A DNA stretch of 63,495 nt, filler included, from Sphacelaria rigidula (Eukaryota), in assembly GCA_964200075.2 (NCBI GenBank). It is 6 parts of 6 records of this genome, joined end to end, with 100 filler letters (N's around TTAATTAATTAA, not from the genome) between each part and the next. Parts side by side here need not be neighbours in the genome. Positions count along the whole stretch, not along the records: positions 1 to 10,501 come from CAXNAA020006383.1; positions 10,602 to 21,102 come from CAXNAA020006384.1; 4 more parts are not named here. One strand, written 5' to 3'. Numbering within the stretch: the first letter of the stretch is position 1; each line of letters starts with the position of its first letter. Made by a program: the position numbers and the translations under genes. Below, one piece after another: positions 1 through 13,959 of this stretch. Below the pieces are notes generated by a model, which saw only the letters and a program-made list of their open reading frames with translations, had not been told where the DNA came from and ran no database searches.

Positions 1-76
1 CGTCTCGAAAGGGATGCGTGGTCAATGGTCAAACGACTAAGGCAAGCAACAAATGAGTACGCCCCCCCCCCTCTAC
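1..76 (+). mobile_element. 3' terminal fragment of a LINE-like repeat (same family as 24715-25057)
   Basis: CGTCTCGAAAGGGATGCGTGGTCAATGGTCAAACGACTAAGGCAAGCAACAAATGAGTACGCCCCCCC is near-identical to 24978-25050; cut by the contig start. Confidence 0.65.
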
Positions 77-1439
77 TTTTCATGTGCCGGACGGAAAGGG
101 TGCCTGTATTTGATCGAACTCGGAGCCCATTGTTCGTGACACCGTGGTTGAGGTAGGAGTGGAAAACTGTCAATACCACAGCTTGTGTTGTGATGAGGTA
201 TTTGTTTGTGTTGTCCAGGTTGCCTGTTGTGGTGCGTTCAAGGGTATGAGTGACCGATTTTGGTGTGTCCGTGCGCGTGGTGTTTTTGAATCAAAAGATG
301 AGCAGTTGTGGCGGTCGATTAGTCCGCGACATCTATCTGTATTAATTCCCCTATGACTATGACGGACGAAGAAACGACGATTGAGAAGTCTTGTGAAGAT
401 ATGAACAGGCAAGACAGTGTATCTATTGAACAAATATTCTCAACCATCCAGAAAGAGAGTATGGGACAAAATATCAGCCGTCTCTAACCTCACTTATTGT
501 ACAGTTTGACATTATTCTGTATTGCCGGAGAAATGTAACGACAGTAGAAACGTATTTTGTGTAACGTGGGACTCGCCCACCAACTCATACTCTACTCCAC
601 CTGTATCGGATATGCACACGACACAAACGATCTGGTCTTTCATTTCTGACGATATTGTTTGCACGCTGCCCTTTTACCGCTTGAAAGTAAGTGCTGGCTA
701 TCCCCGTACCCCATGCACTCAGCTAGCGCGCTTCCAGGGAAAATGCAAAAACTGTAACCATAGCACGTGCAGAGTCGCTCATTTTCTCCATTAATCGCCA
801 TTTGAGAAGTGTACAACGACGAACCGATGGAAGAAGCAGCTTCACATTTTTTCAGGAAATGTATTTATGTGTGTATAAAAGTCGCCCTATTATGGGTGGG
901 TTTTTGACACCCAAGTTGTTCTCGGTATTCTCGGCAGAAGTATTTCGCACGACTTGAAAGAAGGGTTGACCTGCGTACACCGGGTCACGGGTAGTGACGT
1001 TCGGACGGGACAAAGCGAAGGGACATCCCGGCACACGTGACGCGCCCGCTCAAGTGGATGTCATGAAACGGAATAAGGTCTGTTCATCACACATCCCAGT
1101 ATTTCCGTGGGTTCACTGCCGAGCATAGCGCAATCGTCAGCTGTTGATAACGTCGCGAGGGAGGCATGGACGTTGTGTCGTGTGTGCATGGCGGTGTGGT
1201 GTATCGCGTAGTTCAGTACATGGTGCTTTTCATCGGCGCACCACCACCTTATTCGCGTCGTGTGTGCAGAATGTTGATGCATGTACCACAAAGGCTCATC
1301 AAAGTATAGCGGTGGGGTTTGGAAGCACGCTGTGAGCTGCGCACAGCTACTCCGAAAGCATAGCTAGTAACTTGAGAGCGCAGAGGATCAACGGCCCGCG
1401 GCCAGGCGTGACTCGCTCTCTATCGTAAGCATTTCGCTC

Positions 1440-1830
1440 GTGACAAATGCCTCGAAAAAAAACATCCTAAAATGGGGTGCGCATGTTTGCAGTACTCCAT
1501 AGCACTGGGGTTTCCGAACCAACACCCTAACCGTAACGCTCACCTCAGCACTAAGAAAGATGTCAAACGTGGCGGTGTCGGAGTTCCGAAACCGCCGGCC
1601 ATGCGTGGTATTGAATGTTCGAAGTTGAAAACTGCAAAGCCGAAGAGAGGTGAACTTGGCTGCTGAGACTTGGAGTTGAAGTGCCAGATAATTACTGCCG
1701 GTGTGCTGGATGGCGTGCTCTTTAAACGGACGAGGGTGGAAATATTGAAATATCCCGATGATGGACCTGTACGCCCGCCCTAATTGCGTCGCGCGCCCGA
1801 CGTCGTTTAACAAATCTCACTTCTTCAGTG
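1440..1830. repeat. Dispersed repeat, diverged copy of ~5130-5620
   Basis: Colinear shared blocks GGTTTCCGAACCA, AAGTTGAAAACTGC, GAGTTGA(A/T)GTGCCAGATAATT, CCTGTACG(C/T)CCGCCC(T/A)AATTGCGT in both copies. Confidence 0.65.
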
Positions 1831-3319
1831 TCGGGCTCGAATGGGCAAAGTGCTATGCTGGTGCGTCCTCTTGGTGTCATATTCATGGCTGTGAAAATTC
1901 AGACTTACCGCTTTTACCGAGGAATGGTCTGGGTGCCGATTTTTCTGCTGCTGTGGCCATTGAAGCTGCGGTTAACGCCTTGGCTGTTATCGTCCGTCTC
2001 GATGTACCTCTCCATAATGCAGTTAGAAACGGGCTCCACAGTGGTGCCCCCGTGTACGATGGTAGTCCGTCATATCGAGAGTGTATCACACCCTGGACAA
2101 TGGACGGCATGTATTGCGATAGCAATATAATCTGCTGCAGTAGATGCCAATATTGTCATCCGTAATGGCCATCGATCGGCAAGTTTCTCTTTTATTGTCG
2201 TCGGCAATGTCTATCGATAGACCAGTTTCCCACACTCGTTTTCTCACACTCTTGCCTAGCAAGCAGTCTGCTGTGGCCCTACACCGAAATCTATTGCGGC
2301 CGACCGAATGCATCGATCGATAGCTTTCCAAACCTACTGATGACGGCATTGACTATCGATAGACCGCGTGCCAGATCCATTGATAACAATGGCTACTGCT
2401 TCGTATACTAAATCTATTGATTACGGCAATAGGTATTGGCAGATTGCGTATAAATGTATGCATGGCAATTAATATCGTTGGGTACAAACCAGAATCTACT
2501 GTGGCCTACTCTACAATGCCTACCGATAGAGTTTCTCTGTCGTGTAATTGCCGCACCTACATCGGAACATACTGCGTATCGAGCATATTATACTCCGTTA
2601 AGGTACGGTAGAGAAGCCGAAGGTGGACATGCAGTGGGTATATAATGATACTACTTGTGAATGTATGACATCATGTTTCTACTTACGGAACGCTTGTATT
2701 TTGTAGGAATCGGCAACATGTGTGAACAAAATTTTACAGCTTTAGTTACTGCTGTGGTGTTGGTAGTTGTGGTTGTCCCTCTGATGGACGTGAACGCTTA
2801 CCGTACTTTAGTGTGTGGGTGAGATTTGCTTATACCCTGGACAAAAGTCTATGTATTAGAACATCGGCGCTGCAATAGCCCCGAAAATTTGACTGTCAAT
2901 GTTCTTTGTCAGTCATAGTCGACTGGCATCAATGTCGATAGTTAGTGTAGGCGACAATGGAGGGGTCAAGTTTCCTATCGATGAGTTTTATTTGGTGCAG
3001 TAGGCCCTGCGTTGTGGCCGTCAATGTCTATTGCTAATTACAAAAAGATCTGCCACGCTGCCACCAATACATATTGGTGGTCACGAGAGGATATCAGTTG
3101 CTCCCACCAATGTCTATTGAGGGTCACGATAGAATGTGAATCGCGGCCACTAATATTTTTTGCTGGCCACAAAAGTAGCTGGATGGCGTCGATCGCTAGC
3201 GCCATTTATGCACAAGTTTCGATGTATGTTTCCGCCCTATTTCACAGAAGCTAAGGCCAGCTATCGCCTCAGGTCGTTGCGTGTTCCATATGTAAGGGGT
3301 TAGCCGTTGACATCATAGC

Positions 3320-3490
3320 ACCTTCCCTTTCCTGCTCTCCATCGGGACGAGTCCGTGGTGTCAAGGGGACAAGCCTTTCCGCCCTCTAGAGACGAGTCTA
3401 AGTTGTCAAGCAAGGGGCCAACCCCCTTCCCTCTTTCTCAGGACGAGTCCGTAGAGAAAGGGAACCAAACGATCTCTCCGTGGTACACCC
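3320..3490 (-). repeat. Three tandem copies of the SINE family B 3' core
   Basis: GACGAGTC(C/T)...AAGGG motif occurs three times about 50 bp apart and matches the core at 18910-18960 and 16370-16420. Confidence 0.55.
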
Positions 3491-5129
3491 TCTATGTTGT
3501 TGCGTGCATTTTTTTTGGGTGAACCGAGCAGTTCTCAAAAATGTTTGAAATCGTTATCGGAAAGGTCATTTACCATAATGCCGGTTTGGTGACTTCATGC
3601 GCATGATTCGTGACCATCCTGAAGATCAGTGTCGTCAATTTTCTTTAATTTGGGTTGCCTGGTCCTCGAAGTTTGACGCTGAACACGTGGGAATCCTTCG
3701 TTTACGGCGGAGACAGCGTCTCTTGTCAGCTGCAAATTTTGCACATGTATTTCCTTGTTTGTACAGTCCTTCTCGCCCTCATTTACGATTATTTCGTGGG
3801 TATCAAGTTTTGAGGAGAAAAAGGGGAGGTTGTAGACAAAATCCGCCAGGGGAGAATATCGCTCTTCGATTATCGAAATTGTGCACTGTTGAATATATCT
3901 GGTGACATTTCCGCGACGACCAAGAGTGCATGCGCTTTTATTCACGTAATGTAAACAAGTGTTTCGAAAACCAGTTTTTGTGTAAGTTCAACTGTTGTCA
4001 GGCTTGTAACAAGTAAACGTACCCTTGGTCGTGGCCAAAACGTCGCCGGAAATTTCTCAAAGTGTTCGAACTTTCCATCATCGAAGGGTGATGGCCATAA
4101 CGAGTGCATCTTCCCTGTGATTTGATGGCGCCACCCGGTAACATTCACATTTTTCGGTGCCTCCGTCATAAAAATGGTTGTGACACAAATGACCCTGGAC
4201 CGACCATCATCGCCACACGAGCAATCAGGGTGATGGATATATATCACTGACGAGGAAACGGACTGGTGGCACACATCCTCCACCAAAAAACAATACTCCC
4301 GCATAAACGAATCAACATTGATAAACCCTTCGACCAGGAGGGTCGATCTCCTGTTGGAGTGGCAATTTAGCTCGAGGAAGGAAGACGAGGCCTAGGAGTC
4401 GACGCATACAGCGCGCGCTAGTTGTGCAATTCGATTTCAATCATATTTTTATCAGGCTGTCAAATAGGAGCAAGCACAGCCTAGTCTCCGCATCCTTCAG
4501 ATTCATCGAATGTTCAGTCGTTCAGTCAGTAGTCGTAGGACGGAGGGTCGGATTACAAACAGGAAAGGAATAGAAGGACGAAGAAAAACGAGAAAAATAA
4601 AATATAATTGCGTTGTGTGGGGTGCGGTGGGGTTTTGCGTTGATTGAGTTTTAGCACAAGGGGAGGAGGAAATGGTTCCAGATGCAGCAGGTGACATGTG
4701 TTGGCTCTTCACACGAAATGCAGTACTGCCATTCCTTGCGCGTCGTGAGGCTCGTTGGCACTGTGTCTGTAGTGTAGATACTGCACACGAGCGCGCCGGC
4801 TTCACTGTTTGCGGGCTGTCCTTTCTCTGTGCCACATGATTGAGTACGTGCGTGAGATGCTACTCTCGATCAGAGGGTTGTTTTGAAGGCACCATGGAGG
4901 TTCCTCAGTAAACACAACATTTCACGGTTAGGACGAGTCAGAGTTCATACGAATCGACAACTCATGATGTGAACGCACTGATGCTGTATACTCTGTTGGC
5001 CCCGGTGAGTCGAGAGTGGATAACACATATGCAGCGCAGTCATCTTGCGGGCATTACAGCTGTCAGAAAATAACGTGTGGTTAAATGCCCATCGGAAGTG
5101 AAGATTCAAACCTGTACAGCTTGTTGGTC

Positions 5130-5620
5130 CCGCATTAACCCGAAGGTGGGAAAAATATACGGGCGCCAACCTCGAACGCTTGAAGGCAAGTGCTGCTTGC
5201 AGTGCTTCTAGGGCGTACATGTTCGTGGCGCTTCTCGGTACCAGGGTTTCCGAACCAGACACCTGAAACCCCAACCCTGACCATGGCCCTGATACCAAGG
5301 AAGAAAATGCAGTTTGTGACGGTGTCATGTTTTATATTCTTGGCCATACGCAACATTTTAACGATCAAAGTTGAAAACTGCTGAATAGAAAAGTGTGAAA
5401 TTGGGTGATTGAGGTCTCGAGTTGATGTGCCAGATAATTCCTCCCGGTGTGCTAAAGACGTCCTTATCCGTGCACTCCGGACGCACCTTTGCTTGCCGAA
5501 ACACTCATGAAGCTGACGATGATATATCATTTAAAAATTCCAGATGGTGGGCCTGTACGTCCGCCCAAATTGCGTTGCGAACGCTTTATCGTTTCACAAA
5601 TACTGCAGCTTTAACTCGAA
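5130..5620. repeat. Dispersed repeat, diverged copy of ~1440-1830
   Basis: Same colinear blocks as 1440-1830, same orientation. Confidence 0.65.
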
Positions 5621-7686
5621 TACTATTAGCTGCTGCCGTGGTATATGCTCATGGTGACAAAGTAGTCAATATTCAGACATCCTGCGCGACCATCGATGCT
5701 GGGATTAGCACGTTGGTTTCCCGTTTTGATGTACCGCCCATGAGGCCGGCAACTTTGTCAGTCATGCGCCGATCGTTTGTACTGTGCGGCCTTGTTGACA
5801 TATTTGTATTCCCCGAGTGTGCGCACGGATGTCCGTGTCCAAGGGATCATGTACAAGGTGTTGTGAGCGGTTTGAAGGTTTGGCGTTCACAGCGATGTAA
5901 AATAATTCAATCTTACAGGTGTCTTTGCGATTTTAGCCCATGCGGTGACATATTCTGTCAGGTGCCTCGCCATATGCTGCAATGTATTTCGGGAGGAATC
6001 CCAGCGCATCGTGATCCAAGAATATATTAATTGATTTGATCGATTGAATATGATGAATCAAGACACGAGAGATTCAGGCGTGATGACAAGATACACGCGC
6101 CCAAGGTTATCACACGCGCTAAGGGGAACTCGACGACGGGGAAAGATGAAGAAGTGCAGATGCAAGTAAATGTATCAAACTGTAAGCAAAAGGCAATGCA
6201 CAAGAAAAAGAGAGACATCACACGGAGGAAGAGAAGGAAAAGGAAGTAATTATTGAGTCGGGAAGCAGGTCCCCGTGTGGATAATGAAATGGAAACAAAA
6301 AAAAGAGGAAGCAACTACTGTAGTAATCAGAAATGGTCAGTCCGGGCAACCTGACTAGAGAGGAAAACTTTCCTACGAGGACAAAAATACGTCAAAGCTA
6401 TGTGGAAACACACTATTATGACATGGACTGTCACCAACGACCTCTCAGGGGACGAGACACAAAACCCCGCTACCGTATGAGAAGTAAAACAAATAGACTG
6501 AAAAAATAAAAATAGAGGAAAAGAAGGACATTGGGAGAGATAAGAGGAGGGAAAATAACGAAAAATGGAACACGACAAACCAAGGAGAACACGTGTGGGA
6601 ACGCAGCTAGGAACATGGCCAAGGTTGCAATAAAAAGGAAGAAGACAACAACCGACGAGAAGAAACAGGGTCATGTCAGTTCGGTGACCTAGAAAGCGAA
6701 CGCCGACCATGTGGTGCAGGGAACAGCTTCACTCCCGAGTACTCTTGTCATGCAAAAGAATGTACTGTTGAACAGCTCATACTACCTCTACTTTCCTTTT
6801 GCACGGTTTAGCTGATACTATATTTCCAAAATCTGGCACAGCCTACGTCGTCAGTAACGCTGACCTGAGTACACACGAACTGATGGCTCGGCCGTTTGGG
6901 GTACCTCACTCAAGGGCATCCAATATCAATTAGTAGCTGTCGTTTTAGGGTCATTCCATAGCCGTGAAAGTCGCTCCTTCACCAAGTAAGACACGTTGTG
7001 TCATGTCCCCAGGACCAGGAGATTTTTGTTGTTGTCGGCCATCGTTCACTGCTCGAGTTTGCTGTTTACGGCTGGTAAGTCGGCTCGGCTAGCGAGGCTA
7101 CATTTGCCTCCCATCGTAAGGGTAACTAGAAAGGGCCCCCTGCTTCACACAGGGAGCGAGAGCATTCCCTCTTTACGGACATTTCAGCACTTCCCGTCGT
7201 GCGTTGAGAAAGTCTCCTCTTTTGTATTGTTTGCCAACCAGAAGAGCGCTGGGCGCTCTCACCGCACCTCTTTGTACGTGACTACCCAATCGTTTTCCGG
7301 AGCCCCCCAAGATGTGCTCTGTACGAGCAGAAGGCAGTGTTTTTACTGCCTGCGGAATCAAAGCCTACTCCGTGGGGAATATAACATGTCGGAAAGTAAC
7401 CAAACTGTCCTGCCATGTATCGGACCCTTTTTCCGATAAGGTACAGACCGTATTCTGGCAAAAAAAAGGAAAGAGCTCGACTGGTGCCACGATGAAGTGT
7501 CCACTATCCGGTATTTCTCATGGTGGGGGATGTATTGTAATCGTGGCTAGAAGTGAGGGTCTAGGTATTGATCGTGATCGGAACCACCTGTTTTGCTCTG
7601 AATCAGGTTGTAGTACATTTAACTTCATTCGGTAAACTTTCAAACACGTGATACATTCTCTACAACGTTCTTGTGAATGCGTACAG

Positions 7687-8093
7687 GCATACCAAAGGCT
7701 ACCGCTGAGACGTTTGCTCGAACCCTTGCGCTGGAGATTACCTGGAGTGAGTTTATCCGTGGAACCAATCTAGGGGGTAACCCTTGGACTGAGCCTCCGG
7801 AGGAGGTTGTTCGAGGCGGATGGGCGCAAATCGTCAGCTACTACGAGGCGCTGGAACGCTCGGGAGCAACAACTTCTCATAAGTTGAAGATGGTGCTGGT
7901 TGGTGCGGTATGTGCAGGGAAAACTACTCTCACGAGAGGTTTACTGCGAGGCGGGCCAGCTCCAACGACGACAAGTGAGCGCACTCGAGGTGTGGATGTT
8001 CACATCCAGCCGTGGAGACCCAACCCGGCTCATCCGCTTGAAGTGGTCATTTGGGATTTTGCGGGGCACTGTGACTACTATTCGACACACCAG
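7687..8093 (+). CDS. Internal exon of an LRR-GTPase of the ROCO family (LRR C-cap plus ROC G1-G3)
   Basis: Acceptor TACAG|G at 7686/7687 and donor CAG|GTAAAA at 8093/8094. Translation has the LRR cap NLGGNPWTEPPEEVVRGG...YYEAL, P-loop GAVCAGKT, switch I RTRGVDV and G3 WDFAG..DYYSTHQ, all diagnostic of ROC domains. The rest of the gene is not found on this contig. Confidence 0.9.
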
Positions 8094-10501
8094 GTAAAAG
8101 CTACAGGCAGTCTTTTCGGGGCTAGACTGCTGGCGGTTTTTATTTTCAAGCCTTGGGCGTAGATCGTGTGAGACAGTCCAATGACGTTGTGAACAGTGGT
8201 GTACAGTGATTTTCTATCCACGAGACCGCAAAGGGAAATGTAAATACTTCCACCCCCTTATTCCAGATGGTACTCGCCGGATCAGTTACTCATGGACGGA
8301 GTGGCCCTGCGTTCTCATCGCTCCACGCCCTTCCGTGAAGAGTGGACACGGGATGGGTGCAAAGCGTTACCTGGACGAACACAGTAGCAATTTCTCTCCC
8401 ACGGGATGGTTCGATGTGATTGTGGTGTGCACCAGTTCAAAATATTGTAAAACGACAACCTCACGCTGCTGAAATATGATGTCATTCGTTCCTACTCTGA
8501 AGGGTGCTTTGAAAGAGCAGCTCACATGAAGCACGGCGCGTAGGAAACGCATATCGATGCCGGCATCTATAGGACAACAGGACTACCAAGAACTCGTACA
8601 CACAAAAGAGTTCTGCCACGCACACTAGGATGAGCGTATTGCCTGTCTGTGCAATATATACTCCTGCATGTTGTATTTCGGGCACCGAAATTACCTGCAT
8701 AACATCAATTCACCAAAAATGGTAATCATTATTTTACGGCAGTGTGTATGAGCTGAGCCAGCTTGGAGACGAGCTTGAGCTGTCACAGTCATATCTCATC
8801 GACGCAGACATTTTCGGTCGTGATCCGCAAATCTTGTGAGTCATCTGATTTGGGGACAGGAACCCACTTACGCAAAAGCCCGGTCAAATGCCTCCTCACC
8901 GATAAACGCTGTGCGGAGTAAACCTCGTCACCGTAGAACCAGCGGATGGCGCTGATTTTGGGTATTACGATTCCTTTGGGCACGGGGAAACAATCAATGC
9001 CCTCACCCCCACGTCATCTGTTATTTTTAAAGAGACGTGACGCGCACAATACCCCATTCTAAAATTGATACATGACATGGATTTCGTGTTGAGTTGGAGG
9101 TGTGGTCTGAAATTTGTCGAAGAATGGAGCCTGGTTCGCGCTCATTAACCAAAGTTGTGTCATCATCTCAAATGCCTTCCGCGATACCCACCAAATCGTC
9201 GAACACATGTATCGAGCTGACCGCAAAGAGCAGGCGACGAGGGTGAAAGCGGGATTTTTGTCCAAGGCCATAGCGATGGCGCTGAGGGCGAAACGGTACC
9301 TTTATCAATGAGTGATCTTCAAACTGCTATAGTTAATTGAAAACATGATTTCTCAACCAAAATTATTCGATCAACACGTTCTTTGAATCCTAGTGATGCA
9401 TCAGCGCGGAATCTAACAGAAACATGTGTGGAACCGATTACTATATGGGATCGAGTTATACCTCACACCGTGGGTTTGTTTTTGTCGAGGATGTGGGGGG
9501 TTGGCGTTATGTGGTCGCCACTTAAAAATGGCACGAAAGACCGCGGAAGGGTTTCCCCATATCGGTGGTATGAAAGCTCAGATCTTCCTCAAAAAGGCAG
9601 TGCCGCAGGTATTGGTGCTTTAAATGGAAACAAGCCGTATTGTTACCACTATTTCATAGTTTCTCTGCTTTTTGGCGGCTTCCGTGGGTCCCAGCGTGAA
9701 GACCCCCTTGGAAGGCGGTACAGGATGCCTCGAAATAAAACAGGTTAATATTATACGTCCCGGGTGGTCCAAGAAACACATGATATGTACGTGGTTTGGT
9801 TGCGAAACTCGAAAACCTAGTGCAGTGTTTTGCATTATACCCGAAACACATGTTTCATATCAAAATCAAGTAGTTGGTAGTTTGCACGTTTCAAGCTCAC
9901 TTCATCGCAAAGCTTCACGCCGTTTTCAGCAGTTGGAGCATCAAATTTTGCACACACGCATCATGGGCCATCACAAATCTGTTAATGGACGACGAGTTCA
10001 TCACGGTCGGCATTTTCCACAGTTTTCGGGTGTCCAGCGTGATTCAGAGATGATTTAAGTTCCCCGAGAACCGTAGAACACCCGAAAAAAGATTATCAAC
10101 TGAAGAACGACAAAAAAAAAACCTCGTTCGTCGATCGTGTTGTTTTGACTCGTAGTTATTACTTCCTCTGTCCCACAAGATAAGCCCGTTTGGAGGTTTT
10201 GCCGCATCTCTCGTGGGTGTTTTCTGCTTCTCCCGAACCCTTGTTTTGGAGCAGAACTCTAAACCGTGGCTGTTGCCGAGCCCCCAATAGACAAGCAGCT
10301 ACACTCACGGCGATCAGAGTGTGTCGGTCGTGCACAACCGGAATCTACCGGTTGACAGCCTTCCCATCGATTTTTGGAGAAACGTATTTTTTCATGGTTC
10401 CCGACGCGTTTCGGAGAACCGACCGAAACCGCCATTTTTTATTCTGGCGCCACCACAGCACTATTAACAGTGTTTTCGTGAGATTGAGAGTAGATGACAC
10501 G

Positions 10502-10601
10502 NNNNNNNNNNNNNNNNNNNNNNNNNNNNNNNNNNNNNNNNNNNNTTAATTAATTAANNNNNNNNNNNNNNNNNNNNNNNNNNNNNNNNNNNNNNNNNNN
10601 N
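10502..10601. other. Artificial contig linker N44-TTAATTAATTAA-N44
   Basis: Exactly 100 bp with stop codons in all six frames; identical at five places. Confidence 0.97.
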
Positions 10602-10870
10602 GGCGTTTTCCATTCTGTACCGACTTTCTACATTCCCCCCCCCCCCCCCCCCTACCCCGATACTTGTCGAACATTTTGGTGTCGCGGATTGGATCATGAC
10701 CAGCACTCGCGCATCGCATCGACCTTCATCAAATATGTCTCTTACTCATGTATTCACGTTTTTCAATAATGAGGAATATATCCTCCTGCGGAAACGACTA
10801 GAGTTGTATCCAATGGGAACCGATCCCACTTCTTGGCCTTGACTGGATCAAGATGTGACGGTTCAATCGC
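10602..10870 (-). mobile_element. Diverged SINE family B copy (partial)
   Basis: ACATTTTGGTGTCGCGGATTGG and ACTCATGTATTCACGTT align with 16436-16530; decayed B-box near 10816. Confidence 0.5.
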
Positions 10871-12360
10871 CGACGCGCGTATGACAGTCGGTGGTTCCTC
10901 CCCAGAGAAGTTTGATCAATCACTCAACGCCATGATGGCGCCATGGATTGAAACAGCGCAATGATGCAGTGCCATTTTGCGTGATCGAAACGTTTTTGCG
11001 CGAAGCCACCATGTTGCTACGTCATATGCGGGCCCACCTTGATAAGCGGGATCCCAAACGCCAGCGTCTTATGAGAACCACAGAACATGACTGCAATCCG
11101 GTCCCGTTCCGAAAGCTGTCGCAGCGTTCGTCAGGGAAGACAAGCAAACCACACGCGGGTCAACGAAAAGGGTCATCTGTGTTTCTTCCTAAACACCAAC
11201 GTTCAAAAAGAAACTGTTGTGCATATACTCCAGAAGACCACCCGAGAGACGGCCATGAAAACTCGGGCCAACCAGCTGCTCGGCTCTGCGGGCGCTAGGC
11301 AACGTCTGCGATACCCGAATCGAGTTGTCCAAGAGCGACGTTTTGAATTCGTCGTGTACAAATCTAAGCACCGGCAGACATGCTGCGCGCAAGCCAAGTT
11401 GAAAAAAAAGGATATTTTACATCAGTCATGTATCGAAAATGTGTCATTCGCCAGTAGAAAAGCCGACATGACGACCTCATCCACATTGTTTCTCCTCAAA
11501 CTCCCCCCTTTTGAAACGAATATATACATATATTCCCTGTACCTTCAAGAATGGCAGCTTCGATAGAACGTTCAAACAAGCGATGCTGAAGAGGTGGAAA
11601 AGAGGCAGCACGCCCAACAGTACCAATAAACCTCCGCTTGCTCCGCCTGCTGCCGTGCCTACACCTGCCGATGCAACACGTGCCCAAGTTCAACACAACG
11701 AAAAATCCTGGAGTGTCATCATCTTGCGGTATCAACAAGCATCGCGGTCCAGGTGTAAGAGGCTAGCGGGTGTGGCTGGATAGGAGCAGTCTGTGTGCCG
11801 CCTTGCAAGGGTGTGAAGGGTATACTCTGGTCTTTTCGTAATGGAACCCATGCTTATCGCTTTCGGTGCTTGTGACGCTGCTGTGTTTGAATCGTCCATG
11901 AAAAGATAGTCTCGAGTATCGGGTGAGGGCGAAAAAAGCAATCTCACTTTGCTTCGTCCAGCACGTTGTCGGGAACAATGCACACCATTGTTCGACACCG
12001 CTGTTCAGTTCAAGGCCACGAGGTAAGTACCTGGGATGGAAAGGATGAAGTAATATCGTCTAGGTAACACGGCCGAAAGAAGCGCTACAGTGTTACTTTC
12101 GTAGCTTTAGCTCGTCGTGTGCGATCGAAACACACGCTTCACAGGTCTTCCCACCGAGCAATGCGACAAAACCTGCTCATACCTACAGCTACACGATCGG
12201 GACCCCCACTTCCACTATCGGCGTTCATGGCCGTGCCCTGTTTGACTCCTGGCGAAGAGTGTCGGTATCAAATTGCAAACGTAGTGTTCCCGAAGATATA
12301 TATGTATAGAAATAGAGAGATACTTCGAAGAATGTGTGTATGGATGGTGGGAAAACTCAC

Positions 12361-12514
12361 TCGTTCCGTTCCTGAAGGTATCGCAGAAAGTCGTGTAGAT
12401 GACAGTCAACAGGATACACTCCGATAGCCGAGATATCACCTTCGGACGTCGCTCGTGCAACACACGAACAGGTGTGAACCGCGCAAGCTGTCCCACTGCC
12501 AGGGGAAGCACGAC
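12361..12514 (-). CDS. SLC10A7/BASS4-like symporter, exon d
   Basis: CCAAG|GTC; encodes VVLPLAVGQLAR..SECILLTVIYTTFCDTF; donor A|GTGAGT. Downstream exons not found before the contig end. Confidence 0.88.
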
Positions 12515-13054
12515 CTTGGGAGGGGAGGGGGGGGTACAAAACGACATCGCAGAGGGGGGCGAACAGTTGTGGGGAGATTATAGAACAATTCCGGTTGCCT
12601 TCACAGTAGTACCGAATCTACTAGCACAAGCGGGAAAATATAAACGCAGGAGGGATTTCGGATCGCACTCGCTTAGTGGTTCCTCGTCGAGTTTGTGTGC
12701 CGCAGCTCTAACGAACGGCGTAGCTTTGAGGTCCGCATGCTGTGGAAGCAGAAACATCGTAGACGCCAGGACTCGCAAAACCAGAGTGTTCGTAAAAGAT
12801 TAAACTAACAAGCGGTATCATGATCCAATGCAAGCCCGGTCCACAAAGTTCCGATCGGTGAGACGTTGAATGCTTCTCTAGCGCACCGAGGCCGCATCAT
12901 AGTGGTAACTCCGCAGTGCCAGAGGGTGTTGGGGAGTGTGAGCAAAACTGCCACGTGAGAGCGGAAGCGAGCCGATAACTATGCGGCAACAGCACTGAGA
13001 TCGTACCACGACTTCTTCCAACTTTACTGCCGAGGCGGTCACGATTCACATCAC

Positions 13055-13200
13055 CTTAACTCCAAGTTTTTGGAAGGTAGCCAACAAGGAAGGGGCCATG
13101 TCCAATCGCTTCCCCACGAGAAGCAGCAGCAGCGCTGGAGTCACGACGACCCCCAGCAGGTTTCCCAACACGGCGTTAAATGCCGCGACGGCGGTGTTGC
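13055..13200 (-). CDS. SLC10A7/BASS4-like symporter, exon c
   Basis: ACAG|GC AAC; encodes (G)NTAVAAFNAVLGNLLGVVVTPALLLLLVG..FQKLGVK; donor AAG|GTGATG. Confidence 0.9.
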
Positions 13201-13959
13201 CTGTAGGAAGATGTAAGCCACCAATATCAACAATCAAGACGCACACGAAAAAGCGATTCTGCTCGACCCACGATTCCCAGAAAATGAGAGCAAGGGCTGA
13301 TGCCACTCAGGAGTAACAGCACGGCCGACACACATCAGCCGTGTGCAGTATGGCCATCGTTGTCCGGTGCCGCCCCCCCCCTCCCCCCCTCCCCACACAA
13401 TTCTTGTTCGACTGTTTGACTGTCAGTCATCAAGAAATCACTTTTTGTTAATGCTGATCTTTGAGCACGCGATGACTGTATACTCACCACTGAAAATCTT
13501 GTTCGGAATTTTATGTTTCGGTTCATCATTCATGCATTGATAGAACTCAAGATGGCTGAGCTCCGAGTACAACTGCTGCGCCATTCCGACGCGGGTACCG
13601 CGAAAAAAAACTCAACAAATGACAACAGCAGCATGTCGAGCGTTTATTGAATAACGTCATACTGTAGTCTCAACAGACTCCAGTGTGTTACATGACTACG
13701 TGAATGGAAACCAAAGCTTGTGCCCTCGGGTGCAAGTAAGTACGCAAACCCTTTCCCGGGCGATACCACCTCTGCTTTCGTCGCTTTCGTCAGTAGCGCC
13801 GTAGCTGACGAAATTACTACACTGTTTTCTACATCAGCGTCCACGCTTGTGCCCCAATATTTTTCTTAACGTATGAGCTGGGCTAGCAGTAACTCTCGCA
13901 TTTGCTTTTCACGCCACAACTTATAAAGTTCACCAAAGCAGCTCGACTTGAGCATATCG

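Noticed and set aside
9582-9623. IFLKKAVPQVLVL as the next ROC exon
   Set aside because: Weak resemblance only, poor acceptor context and an immediate stop.
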